From positions 1 to 44,882 of the forward strand of contig JAHFAK010000004.1 of assembly GCA_023250585.1 (NCBI GenBank): 44,882 bases of DNA, written 5' to 3'. This DNA comes from Deltaproteobacteria bacterium (GTDB lineage Bacteria > Bdellovibrionota_F > JAHFAK01). Under the pieces are notes generated by a model. That model did not search any database, was not told the origin of the DNA, and saw only the letters and a list, made by a program, of their open reading frames with translations. Every line of letters starts with the position of its first letter. Positions within the stretch are counted from its first letter, which is position 1. Below are positions 18,159-27,768 of this stretch, piece after piece. The position numbers were made by a program, and so were the translations under genes.

Positions 18159-20711
18159 ATGAAAACACAACATCAAACAAGATTATATATAGTGTATTTA
18201 TTGTTTTTAGCGTCTTGTTCCTCATGGTTACCCTCTACGAATGGAACAAGTGGAGATAGTGATGGTAGTGATAGCACGTCATCTCAGAATCTTATACCCG
18301 TGAGTCTTTCGATGAGCGCACAAACAACTCAAGCAATTGCGAGTGCCATTCCTCAGATTTCACAGGCTTTACCGGCTGCTTTACCGGCGCTGAAAAATAA
18401 ACACATTAAAAAAGAGTCAGATATTGATATGGTTATTATGGCGGCATTATCTATACCGAAATCTCTTGAAGAAATATTAAATAATTCTGAATGTATTCTG
18501 AAATATGATGTTATGACAGCAGAAGATTTTATTAATGGAGGATCCTTTAGTTTGGATCTCTGCGAAGGAACGACATATCATATGTTTGGAATTGCAGGGT
18601 ATGATTCGGTTAATAAAAAGGCAGAAGTGTGGGTAGAGGCTAACATTCCAAAACAAGGACTCATTCTAAAAGGTAAGGATAATTTTAATTTCGGAGAATT
18701 ATCGTATGATAAGAAGGGTGGGTTGAAGATGTCGGATACGGTACTTTCTGATCTTGAAAGTATTGTTAATGATATTGTTGCAAATCAGACATATACCATT
18801 CCTCAGTTTCTTGGAGAGCATACTCTACTCATCAGTAATTCCGGGGCCAGCGTTTCTGCTGAATCTTTTTTAAAACAAGATGAAAATAAAAATAAAAGTT
18901 CAGAGAAGATGGTTGTTTCTCTCTGTTCTCCTAAGGAATTAAGCAATGAGGGAGACATAACCATTATTATGGATAATAAAGATATTATAACAGGCGAATA
19001 CGCAATTACTGACAACGATCAAGTGACTATTGCCATCCAAGAAGAAAAACAAACTCTTGTTAAAGGTTGTAATGAGATTATTGTAACAAAGGCAGTTTTT
19101 AACTGCCAAGATAACGAATGCTCTACATCAGAAGGAGTTATTAAAGAGCTCTCAAAGCTTGAAGGAAACACCTGTAAAAATAAACAGGACAGTTTTAACG
19201 TTGTAAGTAAAGCATTTACAGCAACGAAGAAGTCTTCAGATTGTTTATTGACATCGAGAGCCACCGCGACAGGAACTCAAGAAACATCGCAAAGTTTGCA
19301 GTTTCCTTTAAAAGTTTCAAGTTGCTATGGTTCTCAGGGACCTTCGTGGACATATATAGATTCTTCAAAAATTGGTGGGTACATTGAAAAAATTTTGGGC
19401 AAGAATCCCGAGACAATTCCTCTTAACCTTGTGCTTCAAAATAATGACAATGTAATAAGCTACTCAATTAAAGGAACTGAGATATCTGGTAAGGTAACTT
19501 TAACGGTGGATTCCTATGGGTCTTATGGCTCATATAGCGGAGATTTATCTAATGGTCCTTATGAATTATATCTTTATTCTTATCTTGATTATATTAGCAA
19601 ATCACAAAAAATGTCAGGAAGCTTAGCTATTACTAATGCATCAAAAATGTATTCTTTGGAATCTGACGATGACGTCTATATTTCCTGCATGTTTGCGGAG
19701 GAACCATCCAAGACGCAAGAAATGGATACGTATAGTTATAATGATTATGCGACGGCCACAGAAGACGTGGCCGTCGACGTAGACGTTGCGGGAGAGAAAT
19801 TGACGAGTGATTTATGTGCTTCCTCTTATCAAAGTGGAAACATAAGTGATTTTAGTCAAGCAATGCAAAATGAAATTAATGCTTTGGATTTATTTCTTCC
19901 CGAAGACAGTAAATATTCATTAGGGGTAGAAATCACATCATCAGAGGCATTTACTGCTACTCTAACTGCATCAAATGGAAATACAATCGTACTCAATCAA
20001 GACGATTTTTCTGATACATCTTATTATTCATATACAGGTGGGTGGTCATTGAGCGCTTGGAGTAATTTCTCTTTATCAGATGGATATTGCTACGTAAGTT
20101 TTTACGTAAGTATGTCGAGTTATTCCGGTAAGGAAGAATTTTGGCCAAGTTATTCTATTAGTTGTTCATCATCTTCTGATTGGAGTGACTACTATTATCG
20201 CTATTTAGCTTCGGATAGTTATACATGCTCAACTGCCCAGCAAACTACTACAACTACGACAACTACAACCTATACTGAAACAACGTATTATAATTCTTAT
20301 AATTATTATGGTTATGAGAGTGAAGATAAAGCACAAGAAGATTTTAATAGTGGTAGTGGCAGCGGTACTCAAACCTATCAAGGAAAAATAGAAGCATCTG
20401 CATACTCGTATTCAGGCGGAACATGTAGTGGTTATACCGGCAGTTATGAAGTAGAAGTAAAAATGGACGGTGCAGAGGCTGCAATAAAAATGAAAAAACC
20501 TGATGGAAAGGAAGTATATTATAAAGCAGCTTGTACCGAGTCATATGGCTATAAAAGTTGTAGTTACTATAACTCTAGCCCTTATGATTCAGTATGGTTT
20601 TCTCCACCGTATACCAATAGTTATTATTCCAGCGATCCATATTTCAGCTATTATGGAGAAGTTGATTCTTCATGCAGCGTCAGCGTGTATGGAGCGCTGA
20701 CAAAACAATAA
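18159..20711 (+). CDS. Large lipoprotein of unknown function (Ser/Tyr/Cys-rich C-terminal half)
   Basis: 850-aa ORF, lipobox LASC, purine-rich RBS; no family recognised. Confidence 0.7.
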   Translation: MKTQHQTRLYIVYLLFLASCSSWLPSTNGTSGDSDGSDSTSSQNLIPVSLSMSAQTTQAIASAIPQISQALPAALPALKNKHIKKESDIDMVIMAALSIPKSLEEILNNSECILKYDVMTAEDFINGGSFSLDLCEGTTYHMFGIAGYDSVNKKAEVWVEANIPKQGLILKGKDNFNFGELSYDKKGGLKMSDTVLSDLESIVNDIVANQTYTIPQFLGEHTLLISNSGASVSAESFLKQDENKNKSSEKMVVSLCSPKELSNEGDITIIMDNKDIITGEYAITDNDQVTIAIQEEKQTLVKGCNEIIVTKAVFNCQDNECSTSEGVIKELSKLEGNTCKNKQDSFNVVSKAFTATKKSSDCLLTSRATATGTQETSQSLQFPLKVSSCYGSQGPSWTYIDSSKIGGYIEKILGKNPETIPLNLVLQNNDNVISYSIKGTEISGKVTLTVDSYGSYGSYSGDLSNGPYELYLYSYLDYISKSQKMSGSLAITNASKMYSLESDDDVYISCMFAEEPSKTQEMDTYSYNDYATATEDVAVDVDVAGEKLTSDLCASSYQSGNISDFSQAMQNEINALDLFLPEDSKYSLGVEITSSEAFTATLTASNGNTIVLNQDDFSDTSYYSYTGGWSLSAWSNFSLSDGYCYVSFYVSMSSYSGKEEFWPSYSISCSSSSDWSDYYYRYLASDSYTCSTAQQTTTTTTTTTYTETTYYNSYNYYGYESEDKAQEDFNSGSGSGTQTYQGKIEASAYSYSGGTCSGYTGSYEVEVKMDGAEAAIKMKKPDGKEVYYKAACTESYGYKSCSYYNSSPYDSVWFSPPYTNSYYSSDPYFSYYGEVDSSCSVSVYGALTKQ

Positions 20712-20833
20712 GGGACCTCTAAAAACTATCCATCTACGTGTTGTCCACAAACTCGCAATCCTCACGTATTGGCATATACGCTCCGGTTGCTCATGTGTGT
20801 GCGCCTCGTATCTGGATATTTTTTAGAGGTTCC
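20712..20833. repeat. Palindromic element, family 2, copy B (MITE/REP-like)
   Basis: GGGACCTCTAAAAA/TTTTTAGAGGTTCC ends flanked by TAA on both sides; shares CCATCTACG...CGTA..TACGC...GCCTYGTATCTG with 6936-7069. Confidence 0.8.
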
Positions 20834-20865
20834 TAAAAAACGCAGTTATTAAAGGTGCCCAATAA

Positions 20866-21153
20866 TTACTTTTTCTTAAATAATTGATCGAATTGATTTT
20901 TGATATCTTTTTTATCGACATGATGCAGATGCTCTTTACCTGCGATATATGCAAAAAAGCCACAGAAGTTTCCAACGCTACGATCTGCTATATATGCGCT
21001 ATTAGGTTCTCGACATTGGTTCGTTGCGCCTTCATCATAAAATTTGCAGTTATAACAACATCGTAAATAAGCTCCGCAAAAATCGCAGACATCAAACCGT
21101 GTAGGCTTTACATCGAGATTAACTTCATTATGGCATTTATAACAATAGTACAT
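20866..21153 (-). CDS. Small Cys-rich (zinc-finger-like) hypothetical protein
   Basis: CYKC, CDFC, CCYNC plus two more Cys; start taken as the ATG at 21153 just after the cvpA-like stop. Confidence 0.75.
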   Translation of the reverse strand: MYYCYKCHNEVNLDVKPTRFDVCDFCGAYLRCCYNCKFYDEGATNQCREPNSAYIADRSVGNFCGFFAYIAGKEHLHHVDKKDIKNQFDQLFKKK

Positions 21154-21160
21154 AGTCAAT

Positions 21161-21673
21161 TCACACAATATCTTTTTCTTTAAAATAGATAAATTTCCCT
21201 TCTTGGATACGATCAAAAAGTTGGAAGGGTAGAATTTTTTCCATCATAGTTGTAATGCGAGAATCCCGTACTACTTTTTCTTTAAATTCTGGAGCAGATG
21301 ATGTCATGAAAAAAACAACTATAAGCAAGAGGATACATGCTTTAATAAAACCGAGCGTTGCGCCTAATCCTTTATTAATATTATTCAAAACATAATTTTC
21401 TCCGAGAATTACTTTTTCAGCTAGACCAAATATGAATTTGACTAAGAAATATATAAGAGTTCCAAAGATGATACTTGCTGTCATCATGTAGACCCCACTA
21501 TGGGTACTTTTCCATAGATCAAGAGATGTTACAATTGTTTTTGCAATAGTAGGTCCGAATATTATTGCAAGAATAAACCCTGTAAAGGTGAAAATCTGGT
21601 TAAGAATTCCCTTATAATAACCAATTAAAGCAAATATAAAGATGATGACTAAGAAAGCAATATCTAATATCAT
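21161..21673 (-). CDS. CvpA (colicin V production) family membrane protein
   Basis: LDI...GYYKG...NKGLGATLGFIK...DS pattern; four TM helices. Confidence 0.85.
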   Translation of the reverse strand: MILDIAFLVIIFIFALIGYYKGILNQIFTFTGFILAIIFGPTIAKTIVTSLDLWKSTHSGVYMMTASIIFGTLIYFLVKFIFGLAEKVILGENYVLNNINKGLGATLGFIKACILLLIVVFFMTSSAPEFKEKVVRDSRITTMMEKILPFQLFDRIQEGKFIYFKEKDIV

Positions 21674-21746
21674 AGCTACTCCTCTTTACTTATAAGATGT
21701 TTTTATATAAAATATTGATTGTAAAATAGCAATACAAATCAATTAT

Positions 21747-22847
21747 ATGCAAGACAAACGATTAAAAGTAATTATTAGCGATTTTCATGTCGGTGAAGGC
21801 CATCAAATGGGCATTTATAATAACTATGATGACTTTTACTTTGATGATGAATTTGTGGAATTTCTTGATTATTATTCAAGTGGTCCCTATGAAAGTATTG
21901 ATGTTGAGCTTATTATTAATGGTGACTTCTTTGATCTTCTGAAAGTTCGATATGAAGGTAAGTTTAGTGAACATATTACGCTTCAGGTTGCGCTTGCTAA
22001 GCTCAAACAGTGTATCATTGGTCACCCAAAAGTTGTCAATGCACTCAAAAAATTTCTTGTACAAAAAAATCATACCATAACCTATATTCCCGGAAATCAT
22101 GATATTGAATTCATGTTTCCTGAGGTGGGACAATATTTTACAGAAATAATTGCTCCACATGCGAAAGAAAGGGTGAAGGTTATTAATGATACTGACACTT
22201 ATTTTCTTGAAGGCGGCATTCAAGTCCAACATGGGCATCAGTTTGAACCGGCAAATGCATTTAACTATAGAAAGATTTTTATTACAGACAATGTTCCTGA
22301 ACCCATCCTCGAGCTTCCGTGGGGCAGCTACTATATGCTTAAAGTAGTCAATGGGCTTAAAGATGAAAAGCCATATGTTGATCAAGTTAAACCTATTTCT
22401 TTATTTATTCTCCATGGCTTGCTGCTTGATTTCCGTTTTACAGCGAAATTTATATGGATGACAATTTATCATTTTTTTAGAACCCAATTTGTTCATAATC
22501 CTTTTCGAAAGAATAAACTATTCCAGACGCTTCTTATTGTCTTAACTTCTATTCGTTTTATTCCTGATCTCGAAGGAAATGCACAAAAAATTCTTAAACA
22601 TATTGTAAATATCAATACAATAATTATGGGTCATAATCATAAATTTCGTTACCGTGCTTTTGAAAATAATAAACTCTATGTTAACACAGGTACATGGACT
22701 CGTATGATTAATTTAGGTATTGATGAATTTGGACACGAAATAAAACTCACCTACTGTGTAATTGAATATAACAAAGATGAAAAGCCAAAAATATCACTCG
22801 AAGAATGGCAGGGAACGAGAAGACCTCATAGAAAAGTAAATTTTTAA
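21747..22847 (+). CDS. Calcineurin-like metallophosphoesterase
   Basis: ISDFH, NGDFFD, PGNHD, QHGH, MGHNH, YVNTGTW. Confidence 0.9.
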   Translation: MQDKRLKVIISDFHVGEGHQMGIYNNYDDFYFDDEFVEFLDYYSSGPYESIDVELIINGDFFDLLKVRYEGKFSEHITLQVALAKLKQCIIGHPKVVNALKKFLVQKNHTITYIPGNHDIEFMFPEVGQYFTEIIAPHAKERVKVINDTDTYFLEGGIQVQHGHQFEPANAFNYRKIFITDNVPEPILELPWGSYYMLKVVNGLKDEKPYVDQVKPISLFILHGLLLDFRFTAKFIWMTIYHFFRTQFVHNPFRKNKLFQTLLIVLTSIRFIPDLEGNAQKILKHIVNINTIIMGHNHKFRYRAFENNKLYVNTGTWTRMINLGIDEFGHEIKLTYCVIEYNKDEKPKISLEEWQGTRRPHRKVNF

Positions 22848-22855
22848 AAGACTCT

Positions 22856-24805
22856 TCACCTTTTTTTTCTTTCCATGATTGTATCTATATCAGAACGACA
22901 CGTATGATTGAAATTACAAAATGTGCAGTTTTCTCTATTTTTTCCCGGTGTGGGAATAAATTCGCCTTGGATAATTTTTGTATATATATTCCGAATTCGA
23001 TCTTCTAAAGCATTTTTATTGAATGCTTCATTAAATTCAAATCTCATGCGCTTTATTCCCGTTTCATGGAAAAGGTAATGCGCGTCTCCTTGATTACAAA
23101 CCAATCCGCTCGATTCAAAAATTTGATTAACACCATACATATAGAGTGGAATTTGTAAATATTTTCCTTGAGAGAGAGCTGATTCACTCATGGACTGCTT
23201 TCCTGTTTTATAATCAATGATGCGCAAAAGCCCGTTTTTTCTGTCGACGTCAATTCTATCAATGCGTGCTTTAATAAAAATTGTTTCATTTTTGTTCAAC
23301 GGAATTTTGATGAGATTTTTATTCATTGTAGAGATGGGATATTCAAAATACGTTGGGACAAAATATTCATTCTTCATTTCGCTCTCAAGATATGATCTAA
23401 CTTTAGTTTTAATTTCAGTTTGTACATAGAAAATAATTCCAGGAAGTTTGATGAGTAACTCATGTGAGTGGTGTGCAAAGCTTGAAGAAAGCGCTTCATC
23501 TAATAATCCATCGTATTCTTCAATTTTATTGATGTTGAGAGGAAATAAGCCTTTCTCTTTTAAAAGAGAATACAATTTGTATAATACTTCATGCGTAAGC
23601 GTACCAATAAAATGAGCGGGCGGATAATACTCTTTAATATATTTTTCATGAGTATCGATACCAAGAATATAGCGTAAATAAAATCTATACGGACAATTCG
23701 AAAAATCTTCAAGCATGGTGGGGCTAAAGATGAGGTCATATTTTGTTTTTAAAATATCTTTTATATCAATATTTTTTAACAAACCTAAATACTCATTTAC
23801 TGTTTTTTCTTTATACAATTTTTCATAGAAGTTTTTTTGTATGGCATTGAGTGAATGTTGTGAAGAAATTTCGTTGTGTTCCTCAAAGAGTTTTTTTTCT
23901 GTTTCAATGATTCCATTACCTTTTTGTATACCGTGAAAAGGTGTCAATCCTTTGCCCGCTATATCAAACCGCGAGAATGTTATAATTTTAATTAATTCAT
24001 CGTGAGTAATAAGAGACAATAAATCTTCGGTAATTTTTGCATGAACACCTTCTTCATTGAGGCCTGGAATAAAAATTATTTTAAATTGAGAAGCATTCAC
24101 TGAATTAAAATTAACAAGTGAAACTCCTGCTTTTTGTTCTTGGTTTATAGGCAGAGTTTTTAAGCTCTCTTCAAACGTAGCAAAGAATTCGTCTCGTGTT
24201 CCGATGGTTTCAAGCGATATCATGGTTTTTAATTGATTTGTTAGGAGCTCACGAGGAGTCATATCTTTGTCATCGTAATGTGATAGAAAAAGAGAAAGAA
24301 AATTGTGATACGTATCTTTGTCTTTAAAGAGGTTTAATATATCGATATATTTCTTTGTATATTCAATCATTATACTCATTTCATGATGGCTATATATATT
24401 CGCATTGCTAATCTGCGTAAGGCCATGCATAAAATCAGCAAGTGTCGTAGCTTTAATTTGTTCGTAGATAGAAAAAATATAGTCTTTGCGAATGGGGTGA
24501 TTTTTAGAAATAATAAACTGCAGTAAATAAAATGGATCTTTATCTCGTACGAACTGAAGAAAAGTGAATAATTTTTTACCTTCTTTAGTATCTATAAAAA
24601 ATCTACCAAAGCTATTAAAATAAGAAATTGTTGTATAATCTAATGTATCACGAATAATAGTATATAAAAGATCTTTTTCGGCTACGATAAGAGCCATTTT
24701 AGAAAATGGGATGAGATATTCTTCGTTGTAAGTCCTTATTTTATTTAGGATTATTTCACTTTCATGCACTGGATCGTAACATGATAAAATCAGTGTATTT
24801 TTCAT
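22856..24805 (-). CDS. PD-(D/E)xK nuclease, AddB/RexB-like C-terminal domain with 4-Cys Fe-S motif
   Basis: SPTMLEDFSNCPYRFY, GTLTHEVL, RIDRID, IIDYKTG, QIPLY, CTFCNFNHTC. Confidence 0.85.
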   Translation of the reverse strand: MKNTLILSCYDPVHESEIILNKIRTYNEEYLIPFSKMALIVAEKDLLYTIIRDTLDYTTISYFNSFGRFFIDTKEGKKLFTFLQFVRDKDPFYLLQFIISKNHPIRKDYIFSIYEQIKATTLADFMHGLTQISNANIYSHHEMSIMIEYTKKYIDILNLFKDKDTYHNFLSLFLSHYDDKDMTPRELLTNQLKTMISLETIGTRDEFFATFEESLKTLPINQEQKAGVSLVNFNSVNASQFKIIFIPGLNEEGVHAKITEDLLSLITHDELIKIITFSRFDIAGKGLTPFHGIQKGNGIIETEKKLFEEHNEISSQHSLNAIQKNFYEKLYKEKTVNEYLGLLKNIDIKDILKTKYDLIFSPTMLEDFSNCPYRFYLRYILGIDTHEKYIKEYYPPAHFIGTLTHEVLYKLYSLLKEKGLFPLNINKIEEYDGLLDEALSSSFAHHSHELLIKLPGIIFYVQTEIKTKVRSYLESEMKNEYFVPTYFEYPISTMNKNLIKIPLNKNETIFIKARIDRIDVDRKNGLLRIIDYKTGKQSMSESALSQGKYLQIPLYMYGVNQIFESSGLVCNQGDAHYLFHETGIKRMRFEFNEAFNKNALEDRIRNIYTKIIQGEFIPTPGKNRENCTFCNFNHTCRSDIDTIMERKKR

Positions 24806-24827
24806 TTTTTTATGATATACTTTAAAG

Positions 24828-24958
24828 TGAAGCAGGAGTGGGCGATATATGTTCTTTTTTAATTGTATATCGATCGCGCTTTCCTGTTCTTAAAATTATT
24901 ATGGAAGCGACGTCGATATACAATTAAAAAAGAACATATATCGCCCACTCCTGCTTCA
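24828..24958. repeat. Long hairpin element, family 1, copy 2
   Basis: 46-bp perfect inverted arms 24828-24873/24913-24958 around a 39-nt core. Confidence 0.95.
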
Positions 24959-24966
24959 AGAGCACT

Positions 24967-26604
24967 ATGAATAAAGTCACGGTAAAGATCAACGGGAAAG
25001 TCGAGAGCATCCCAAAATATACAACGATTTTAGAACTTCTTGAAGAGCAAGGAATTAAGTATTTTCCTCATTGTTATGCTGCTCTTGTTAACAACGAGCT
25101 TGTCAGTTTAAGTTATGTATTACATGCCGATGTAGAAATTAAACTTTTAGACTACACTCATACGCTTGGCGTGTCAGTATATAAACGAAGCGTTTCATTT
25201 TTATTGGCACGAGCACTCTTTGAAATGCAGCGAAATACACGTCTTGCCATTAATCATTCCATGGGAAATGCTTGTTATTATGATCTTTTCACTGATGCCC
25301 CAGTTACTGATGAGTTGTTATCAAACATTGAAAACAAAATGAATGAGATTGCGCGGCGTAATGAGCCTATTAAACGGAAAACTTTTACCGTTGAAAAAGC
25401 TAAGGCATTTTTTACTCAACGCGCGTATACTGATAAAGTAAGGCTTTTAGAGCATATGAATAAAGATGACAAAGTCGGAATTTATTCGTGTGGAAAATTT
25501 TATGATTTAGATTATGGGCCGCTTGTCGCTTCAACCGGCTTTATTACTCACTTCGAACTCAAAACCTATGGACAGGGATTTTTGCTCCTCTTTCCAAATG
25601 AGCAGCATTTCCCTCAAATTGCAGAGCTTCAAGATATGCCTAAAGTTTTTCATGTTTTTCAAGAAAGTAAACGTTGGGGAAAAATTTTACAGGTTAATAA
25701 TGTAGGAAAGCTCAATGAGTTTATTGTTAAAGATGATTATCGAGAATTGATTTATATCTCAGAAGCACTTCATGAAAAAAAGATTGCAGAAATCGCTGAT
25801 AATATTGCTGAGCATAAGAATACGAAACTTGTACTGATTGCGGGGCCTTCGAGCTCAGGAAAAACAACATTCTCACAATGGCTTCGTATCCACTTGCGTG
25901 TTAATGGGCTCCGGCCCGTTGTTTTATCGCTCGATAATTATTACATCGATCGTGATAAGAGTCCTCGAAATCCTGATGGATCCTACAATTTTGAAGCAAT
26001 TGAATGTTTGGATTTAGAGTTCTTTAATGCCAATGTTATTGATCTCTTAAAAGGAAAAGAGGTTGAGCTTCCTAAATATAGTTTTAAAGAGGGAAGGCGA
26101 AAATCAAATGGAACCAAACTACGCATTTTTGAAGATCAATTGCTCATCGTTGAAGGCATTCACGGTTTGAATGAAAAACTAACATTTGCGGTTCCGGCTG
26201 AAGCAAAATATAAAATCTTTATTAGTGCGCTTACGCAGATTACAATTGACGATCACAACCGTATTTCAACAACTGATTCGCGACTTATTCGCCGAATTGT
26301 TCGTGATCATCAATTTAGAGCATACAGTGCGCAAAATACCATTAAAGCGTGGCCAAGTGTGCGTCGTGGGGAAGAGCTTTATATTTTTCCTTTCCAAGAA
26401 GAAGCTGATATTATGTTTAATTCAGCACTTTTGTATGAACTTGCAGTTTTAAAGCCGTATGTTCTTCCTTTGCTTGCAGAAATTAAGCAAGAAAGCGATG
26501 AGTATAGTCACGCTAAACGTCTTATGGATTTTTTGAAACTCTTCAAAGACATTCCTTCCGATGAAGTTCCCAATACATCGTTACTCAAAGAATTTATTGG
26601 GTAA
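24967..26604 (+). CDS. Nucleoside (uridine) kinase fused to ThrRS-like N-terminal domains
   Basis: TGS-like start; IAGPSSSGKTT, SLDNYY, VEGIHGLN, RRIVRD, FNSALLYEL. Confidence 0.88.
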   Translation: MNKVTVKINGKVESIPKYTTILELLEEQGIKYFPHCYAALVNNELVSLSYVLHADVEIKLLDYTHTLGVSVYKRSVSFLLARALFEMQRNTRLAINHSMGNACYYDLFTDAPVTDELLSNIENKMNEIARRNEPIKRKTFTVEKAKAFFTQRAYTDKVRLLEHMNKDDKVGIYSCGKFYDLDYGPLVASTGFITHFELKTYGQGFLLLFPNEQHFPQIAELQDMPKVFHVFQESKRWGKILQVNNVGKLNEFIVKDDYRELIYISEALHEKKIAEIADNIAEHKNTKLVLIAGPSSSGKTTFSQWLRIHLRVNGLRPVVLSLDNYYIDRDKSPRNPDGSYNFEAIECLDLEFFNANVIDLLKGKEVELPKYSFKEGRRKSNGTKLRIFEDQLLIVEGIHGLNEKLTFAVPAEAKYKIFISALTQITIDDHNRISTTDSRLIRRIVRDHQFRAYSAQNTIKAWPSVRRGEELYIFPFQEEADIMFNSALLYELAVLKPYVLPLLAEIKQESDEYSHAKRLMDFLKLFKDIPSDEVPNTSLLKEFIG

Positions 26605-26677
26605 GGACTGAAACGTGCCCGGCAACTTTCGGTCGATTTTCCGACAAAAAGGTACATGCATTTAATCGGTATTTATT

Positions 26678-26742
26678 AACCTTAAATTAAGATAATATTA
26701 CCTTAATTTAAGGTTGACAATGTTGTAGTCGATTGTTATGCT
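26678..26742 (+). promoter_or_regulatory. Palindromic operator plus sigma-70 promoter (leaderless)
   Basis: AACCTTAAATTAAG/CTTAATTTAAGGTT (26678-26715) overlapping TTGACA, 17 nt, TATGCT; ATG follows after 6 nt. Confidence 0.8.
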
Positions 26743-26748
26743 ACATGT

Positions 26749-27078
26749 ATGTTTGATAATTTATTTGGTAATACAACCGTAAGTAAACTATTGCTTTTCA
26801 TCGCTCGTTTTGGTGAAGGGTATCCTTCTCAAATCGCAAGAAATTTTGATATTACGGTTAGTATGGTTCAACAACAGTTAGATCGACTGGAAACAGGAGG
26901 AATACTGGTGAGTCAACTAAAGGGAAAAACAAGAATGTATACAATGAGTCCTCGGTATCCTTTTAAAAAGGAACTGTTGGCATTATTACATAAGGGGTTA
27001 GATAGTATACCAAAAAAAGAAATAGATGTTTATTATTCTAAAAGAATGCGACCTCGTAGAAGAAAAAAACCTTTATGA
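26749..27078 (+). CDS. Winged-HTH protein (putative antitoxin/regulator)
   Basis: YPSQIARNF...VQQQLDRLETGGIL...GKTRMY wHTH pattern. Confidence 0.8.
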   Translation: MFDNLFGNTTVSKLLLFIARFGEGYPSQIARNFDITVSMVQQQLDRLETGGILVSQLKGKTRMYTMSPRYPFKKELLALLHKGLDSIPKKEIDVYYSKRMRPRRRKKPL

Positions 27079-27617
27079 AGATAACGCAAAAAACTTCGTT
27101 AAAGCAATTAGCCGTTATTGTTTGTGATCATTTAAATAAAGAAGGTATAGAGGCTGTATTGTCAGGAGGAGCAGTAGTTACCATTTATTCAAAAGCGTTA
27201 TATCAGTCATATGATCTTGATTTTATAACCTTTGCTGATCGAAAAAAAATACAAAAAGCAATGGAGAAGCTTGGGTTTAAAAAAGAAAAAGGCCGTTATT
27301 ACACACATCCAGGAACAAAGTACTTTGTTGAATTTCCTCCAGGACCATTGGCTATTGGCGAAGAAATTGTCAAATCATGGTCAACTATGAAAACTAAATC
27401 AGGAAAATTATTCTTACTCACACCAACTCAATGTATTATGGATAGATTATGTGCTTTTTATCATTGGAATGATTATCAATCTTTGGAACAAGCTATACTT
27501 GTAGCAAAAAAACATAAAGTTACTATGAGTAAGATTAAAAAATGGTCTCTGAAAGAAGAGATGAATGAGAAATTTGAAATATTTCGAAAAAAGTTGGGAT
27601 TCCAATTGAAAAGGTGA
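27075..27617 (+). CDS. Pol-beta-superfamily nucleotidyltransferase (AbiEii-like putative toxin)
   Basis: LSGGAVV...SYDLDF motif; ATGA-coupled to the HTH gene. Confidence 0.7.
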   Translation: MKITQKTSLKQLAVIVCDHLNKEGIEAVLSGGAVVTIYSKALYQSYDLDFITFADRKKIQKAMEKLGFKKEKGRYYTHPGTKYFVEFPPGPLAIGEEIVKSWSTMKTKSGKLFLLTPTQCIMDRLCAFYHWNDYQSLEQAILVAKKHKVTMSKIKKWSLKEEMNEKFEIFRKKLGFQLKR

Positions 27618-27768
27618 CAATCAACATTCTGTCAAAGGGAGTCAGTCGCATGTGACTGTCACTTTTTCATTTGATTTTACGCTACCATTTTTGGTGACAT
27701 AGTAATTACAGTGTGCTGATCATAACAAGGGAGGATTGATTTATTTTCAAAAGAGATAGCCTTCTTAA

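Noticed and set aside
22856-24805. Cas4 call for the Fe-S PD-(D/E)xK nuclease
   Set aside because: Size and N-terminal helicase-remnant features fit the AddB-like family, and there is no CRISPR-cas context.
24967-26604. ThrRS-like domain fused to a kinase as a novel fusion
   Set aside because: This is a widespread, already annotated nucleoside kinase architecture.
27608-27669. Imperfect inverted repeats after the nucleotidyltransferase gene as a mobile-element end
   Set aside because: I found no matching partner at the other side of the module; more likely a weak terminator.
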